A program made the position numbers and the translations under genes. Under the pieces are notes generated by a model, which made no database searches, was not told the origin of the DNA, and worked only from the letters and a program-made list of their open reading frames with translations. From NCBI GenBank assembly GCA_046484865.1, contig JAWOID010000086.1, positions 1-46,952 on the forward strand: a stretch of 46,952 bases of DNA, read 5' to 3'. Numbering within the stretch: position 1 is the first letter of the stretch; every line of letters starts with the position of its first letter. Origin of the DNA: Candidatus Krumholzibacteriia bacterium (GTDB lineage: Bacteria; Krumholzibacteriota; Krumholzibacteriia; LZORAL124-64-63). Positions 42,952-46,952 of this stretch are shown piece by piece.

Positions 42952-43041
42952 TGGTCGCCGACTGATCGGGGCCTGATCATCGCCGTCGCCGACCTCCCCT
43001 GACCTCGACGTTCGACCTCCTCCCGGGAAGGAACGGCGCGC

Positions 43042-44817
43042 GTGGCGCCTGTTCGTCAGCGGAGGCGTCCGACCGTGGCGGTGCTCGCCGCGGCCGTCAC
43101 GCACGGTGCCGCTCTCGTGACCTGTGCCCTCGGCCAGCCGGCAGCCGTCGAGCCGGTGCTCAACGAGATCCTCTACGATCCGATCGGGCCTGACGCCGGC
43201 GCCGAGTTCGTCGAACTGTACAACCCGGGCGCCGAGCCGGTCTCGCTGGACGGCGTCCGCCTCGAGTTCGCGAACGGAGCGGATGACGAGCCGGACTGGC
43301 GTCTGCAGTGGGCAGGAGGTCCGGGCGACGCGCTGCCCCCCGGAGGGTTCTTCCTGGTGGCGGACGTGGGCTGGACCGGCGTCACGCCGGACGCTGTGAC
43401 CAACCTGTCGCTGCAGAACGGCCCGGACGCCCTGCGCGTCGTCCGCGGCGGCGCCGTCCTGGACCTGGTCGGCTACGGACCGCTCGCGAATCCGTCCTTC
43501 TACGAGGGCCGACCCGCCGTCGGGGCGGCTTCCGGCCTCGCGCTGGCGCGGCGTCCGGACGGTCGCGACACCGGCGACAACGCCGCCGACCTGGTGGCGG
43601 CCGCGCCCACGCCGGGTGAGCGGAACTTTCCCCGGCACGCTCTCGCTCTGGTGAGCTGGGATTGCGAGCCGCCCTCGCTGGCGCATCCCGGCCGGCCGGT
43701 GGCGATGACGGCCGAGGTCGTCAACACCGGGCTGGAGACCCTGCCGGCCGCATCCGGCCGTCTGCTCTGGGGCGAGGCGATGTTCCCGGCGGTGCTGCCG
43801 GCGGCGGCGCCAGGGGAGACGGTCACGGTCGTCGCGACCGTCGCTCCCGACGCCGGGCGCTGCTCGGTAGGGCTGGAATGGCCCGCCCCCGAAGCGGCGG
43901 CGGGAGCAGTGATCCTGCCGCTGGGCCACTTCCTGGCCGGCGCGCCGGCGGTCAGGATCGAGGAGGTCATGGCCGCTCCCCGCTCGGGCGGGGAGTGGGT
44001 GGAACTGCTGTGCCAGGCGGAGACCCGCGTCGACGCTGCGCGGCTGTCGGTGCGCGACGACGACGGCGCGTGGCTCGGGCTACCGGGAGCCCCGCACCTG
44101 GACGAGGGTGGGCGGCTGTTGCTGGCCGAGGATCCGGCGGCCATGACCGCGTACTGGTGGAGCCTTCCCGTGGACGCCGGCGCCGGCTGCGACGGCGGCG
44201 ATCGCACGCCCGTCGTGCGGCCGACCGGCTGGCCCGCCCTCAACAACACCGCTCCTGCCCATCGCGCCAGAGCCGACCGCTTCCTGCTGGCGGACAGCCT
44301 CGGCGTGATCGACCACGTCACGATCGGTCCCGGCGCGGAACCCGGACGCGGAGCGGCGCCGGCGGGCCGCAGCCTGGAGCGCCGGTATGCTCCCCCGGGC
44401 GCTCCGGAGACGGCGGCCTGGGCGCCCTGCACCGCGCCCGCGGGAGGCACGCCGGGATGCCCGGGCAGCGTCGCGCCGCCAGAGGACGATCCGGGCGGCA
44501 GCCTCACCGCAGCCCCGAATCCGCTGCTGCGCACGTCCGGCGAAGGCGGCGTGCTGCACCTTCGCTTCGTCCTCGCGCCGGCGGAGAGCGCCTTCGACCT
44601 GCGGGTGTTCGATCTCTGGGGCGGTTGCGTGAGGGATCTCGGCGGCGATCTGCTGGGCTCGGGGCCGCGACACGTCATCTGGGACGGCCGCGACGACGGC
44701 GGCCGGGTCCTGCCGCCGGGCGGCTACGTGGTGCTCCTGCGTCGGCGAGACGCCGCCGGGCAGGTGTCGGGCGCCGAGAAGGTGCTCGTGGCCCTGGCCG
44801 GAGGTACGGACCGGTGA
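43042..44817 (+). CDS. lamin-tail-domain protein (two LTD-like units) with FlgD-Ig-like CTD
   Basis: VLNEILYDP...EFVELYN and RIEEVMAAP...EWVEL; PTPG/GTPG ends; AAPNP...WDGRDDGGRVLPPGGYVVLL. Confidence 0.78.
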   Translation: MAPVRQRRRPTVAVLAAAVTHGAALVTCALGQPAAVEPVLNEILYDPIGPDAGAEFVELYNPGAEPVSLDGVRLEFANGADDEPDWRLQWAGGPGDALPPGGFFLVADVGWTGVTPDAVTNLSLQNGPDALRVVRGGAVLDLVGYGPLANPSFYEGRPAVGAASGLALARRPDGRDTGDNAADLVAAAPTPGERNFPRHALALVSWDCEPPSLAHPGRPVAMTAEVVNTGLETLPAASGRLLWGEAMFPAVLPAAAPGETVTVVATVAPDAGRCSVGLEWPAPEAAAGAVILPLGHFLAGAPAVRIEEVMAAPRSGGEWVELLCQAETRVDAARLSVRDDDGAWLGLPGAPHLDEGGRLLLAEDPAAMTAYWWSLPVDAGAGCDGGDRTPVVRPTGWPALNNTAPAHRARADRFLLADSLGVIDHVTIGPGAEPGRGAAPAGRSLERRYAPPGAPETAAWAPCTAPAGGTPGCPGSVAPPEDDPGGSLTAAPNPLLRTSGEGGVLHLRFVLAPAESAFDLRVFDLWGGCVRDLGGDLLGSGPRHVIWDGRDDGGRVLPPGGYVVLLRRRDAAGQVSGAEKVLVALAGGTDR

Positions 44818-45611
44818 CGGCACGCGTCGCACGGGTGCTGCTCGCGATCTGCGCCGGTCTCGCCGGAGCCTCCGGGCCTGCGGCTGCCACGGCCGCCGGA
44901 CTGCGCGATGCGACCGACGGCTGGCTGATGCCCGCGTCGGACCTGCATCGATTGCTGGGAGGGAGGGACCGGCCCGGACCCTGGTGCGAACTCGCCCACG
45001 GGCGGCTGCACGGACTCGCCGAGTTGCCGCTGACGAGCGCAGCGGCGGGCTTCCGGCTCGGCGGCGCGCGGGTGAGGCTGGAGGCCCGGCACTCCGGTGC
45101 GACCATCTTGCGCGAGACCGGCTGTGCGGTGACGGTCGCGGGCGGGCCGCCGTGGTCACCACGCCTGCGCCTGGGCCGGGCGGCGTTCGAGGTCGCCGGA
45201 GGGTGGTCGGCGAGCCAGCTCGAGGCGGCGGTCGGCTTGACCGTTCCCCTGGCCGGCGCGGTAGCCTGCGACGTCGACGTTCCCCTGCTGCCGGCTCCGG
45301 TCTGGTATGGACACGGCGGCCTGCGCCGCCTCCTGCGGCTGCGGGCCGGCTGGCCGCTCGCCGCGGTGGCGGTGGCGGTGGACCGGCGCGGCGATGGCGT
45401 ACCGCAGGTCCAGCTGGAGGTCGCGCTGGCGCCGGTCGGCGCGGCGACCCTCGGCCTGCGCGCCGAGCCGGCGTCGGGGAGCCTCGGCGTCACCACCGGG
45501 TGGCGTGTCGGTCCGCGCCTGATGCTGCGCACCAGTCACGTGCTGCACCCCGCACTGGGAGTCACCCATCGTTGGGGCCTGGTGGCGGGAGTGCCGGAGC
45601 TGCCCTCGTGA
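44814..45611 (+). CDS. hypothetical exported, probable small beta-barrel protein (265 aa)
   Basis: GTGA overlap; signal-like N-terminus; alternating beta-strand pattern; C-terminal HPALGVTHRWGL. Confidence 0.6.
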   Translation: MTARVARVLLAICAGLAGASGPAAATAAGLRDATDGWLMPASDLHRLLGGRDRPGPWCELAHGRLHGLAELPLTSAAAGFRLGGARVRLEARHSGATILRETGCAVTVAGGPPWSPRLRLGRAAFEVAGGWSASQLEAAVGLTVPLAGAVACDVDVPLLPAPVWYGHGGLRRLLRLRAGWPLAAVAVAVDRRGDGVPQVQLEVALAPVGAATLGLRAEPASGSLGVTTGWRVGPRLMLRTSHVLHPALGVTHRWGLVAGVPELPS

Positions 45612-46952
45612 GGGGCCGTCTGCGTCGACGGGAGCCGGCCGGAACATGGCCGGCGGTCGTCGCACCGTCCGCCGTTGCGCTGGCCGTCGTCGCGCCGGCC
45701 ATCATCACGCTGGCGCTTGCGGCCGGCGCTCTGCCGGCGGCCGCCGGGACCGAACTCGCCGGCGACTGGGTGGACCCCGTGGCGGCGGCGGATCTGCTGG
45801 AACAGCTCGAGGCGGCGGGCGCGGACATCTCTCCCGAGGACTACCGGCGCCTGGGCTTGCTGGAATCGGGCGACGACCTCGAAGACGACGCGTCCACGAG
45901 CCGAGGGATCCCGCTGCGAGGGCGTGCGGGCTGGCTGGCGGAGAGCCGGCCCGACCGATCGCTGCTCTCGCAGGCGGTCATGCGCGCCGAATCAGGTTCC
46001 TGGCGCGGTGCGCTGCGCGGCGGCGGCCGCCGGGTGGACCGGACCTGGACGGGGTACATGACCGTGACCGGCGGCAGCGGTGCCGACCCGCGCCCGGGCA
46101 GCCGCGTTCTGGTCGGCGGTCTGGGGCTGTCCCACGGCCTCGGACTCGTGGCGGCGGGCCCCTCCGATCGCGCAGTGCTGTCCGCCGGAGCCGATCTGGT
46201 CGGCGCCCCCCGTGGTCTGCGGCCGAGCCTGGCGCGGGGGACCGGCGCCGTGAGACTGGGAGCCGGGCTGGCGACAGCGCGTGGCGGCCTGGGACTGGAA
46301 TTGCTGGCGGGGACCACCGCGCCGGCGGCATCCGCACCGGTGCGCCGGGCATACTGGGCGAGACTCGTCGCCGCCACGCGGCCGGGTCGCGCGCCGACGC
46401 GGACCCCGCCCGACTCCGTACGGTCGCCCGAGATCGGCCGGCGGGTGGAGATCCTGTTCGGCTCCGAGGACGGGCGGCCCGCGATGTCGGCGGCAGGCAG
46501 GGTCGGGAGTGCCGGGGCCGCGCTGGCGGGGGAACTGGGCCTCTGGCGAACCGGGGCGAGCGCAGCCTGGCAGAGCGCCGCGGCCGTGTCCGGAACGCTG
46601 ACTCGCGGCGCCTGGCGCGCGCAGGCCCAGACGGCGGCCGCGCGTGCCGCGGAGGCGCCGCCGCTCGGCCGTCGCCCGGCGAGTCTGCCGGGATGGGACG
46701 GGCACGGGTGGGCCGGCTCGTTGCAGTGGCGCCCCGCGCCGACGGCCGGGCTGGCATTGCTCGGCGCGGCCGGCGCCGCCCGCGAGGACCGCCGGGCCGG
46801 GGCGGTGGTACGCGTGCAGCGAACGACCACGCTGGCGGCGTGGTGCTGTGCGACCTGGAGGATCCCCAGTCGCCAAGGTCGGTGTGGATGGGACACGCGC
46901 CCAAAGCCAACGTCGACGCGATGGTCTTCGCACCGGACGGCACGCGGCTGCT
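45608..46952 (+). CDS. 3'-truncated hypothetical exported/outer-membrane protein, not in the ORF track
   Basis: GTG 45608 overlaps the upstream TGA; hand translation shows no stop to the window end; hydrophobic signal-like segment; VLVGGLGLSHGLGLV motif; last ~120 nt doubtful. Confidence 0.6.
   Translation, partial: MRGRLRRREPAGTWPAVVAPSAVALAVVAPAIITLALAAGALPAAAGTELAGDWVDPVAAADLLEQLEAAGADISPEDYRRLGLLESGDDLEDDASTSRGIPLRGRAGWLAESRPDRSLLSQAVMRAESGSWRGALRGGGRRVDRTWTGYMTVTGGSGADPRPGSRVLVGGLGLSHGLGLVAAGPSDRAVLSAGADLVGAPRGLRPSLARGTGAVRLGAGLATARGGLGLELLAGTTAPAASAPVRRAYWARLVAATRPGRAPTRTPPDSVRSPEIGRRVEILFGSEDGRPAMSAAGRVGSAGAALAGELGLWRTGASAAWQSAAAVSGTLTRGAWRAQAQTAAARAAEAPPLGRRPASLPGWDGHGWAGSLQWRPAPTAGLALLGAAGAAREDRRAGAVVRVQRTTTLAAWCCATWRIPSRQGRCGWDTRPKPTSTRWSSHRTARGC

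Overview
High-GC bacterial chromosomal segment, almost entirely + strand, from a diderm FCB-superphylum-like organism. The combination of T9SS/FlgD-type C-terminal domains, a PorV-like barrel, a Bacteroidota-style short sigma70 and canonical Shine-Dalgarno and TTGACA/TATAAT-type signals suggests a Krumholzibacteriota/Latescibacterota-like lineage; this is inference. Layout: (1) partial FG-GAP protein with CTD, a PorV-like barrel and an LpxH-like gene; (2) envelope block degP-sigma-M23 peptidase-amiC-cdaR-like-PhnD-like; (3) an 11-gene, largely translationally coupled housekeeping run hisS-aspS-phoH-7TM/HD-ybeY-corC-DUF502-mgtE-recO-glyQ-glyS; (4) an 11-kb block of four large uncharacterised exported proteins (CTD protein behind a ~290-nt structured leader, two paralogous lipoproteins, an Asp-box propeller with CTD) between glyS and ppdK; (5) ppdK, a vWA protein, a lamin-tail/CTD protein and two probable outer-membrane proteins. 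The last of these is missing from the ORF track and ends in an apparent frame switch to a WD40-like sequence. No rRNA, tRNA, CRISPR or mobile element was seen. The best candidates for an undescribed system are the glyS-ppdK surface-protein module with its switch-like leader RNA and the T9SS-like CTD/PorV export system. All calls are from motif reading by eye; no database search was run.
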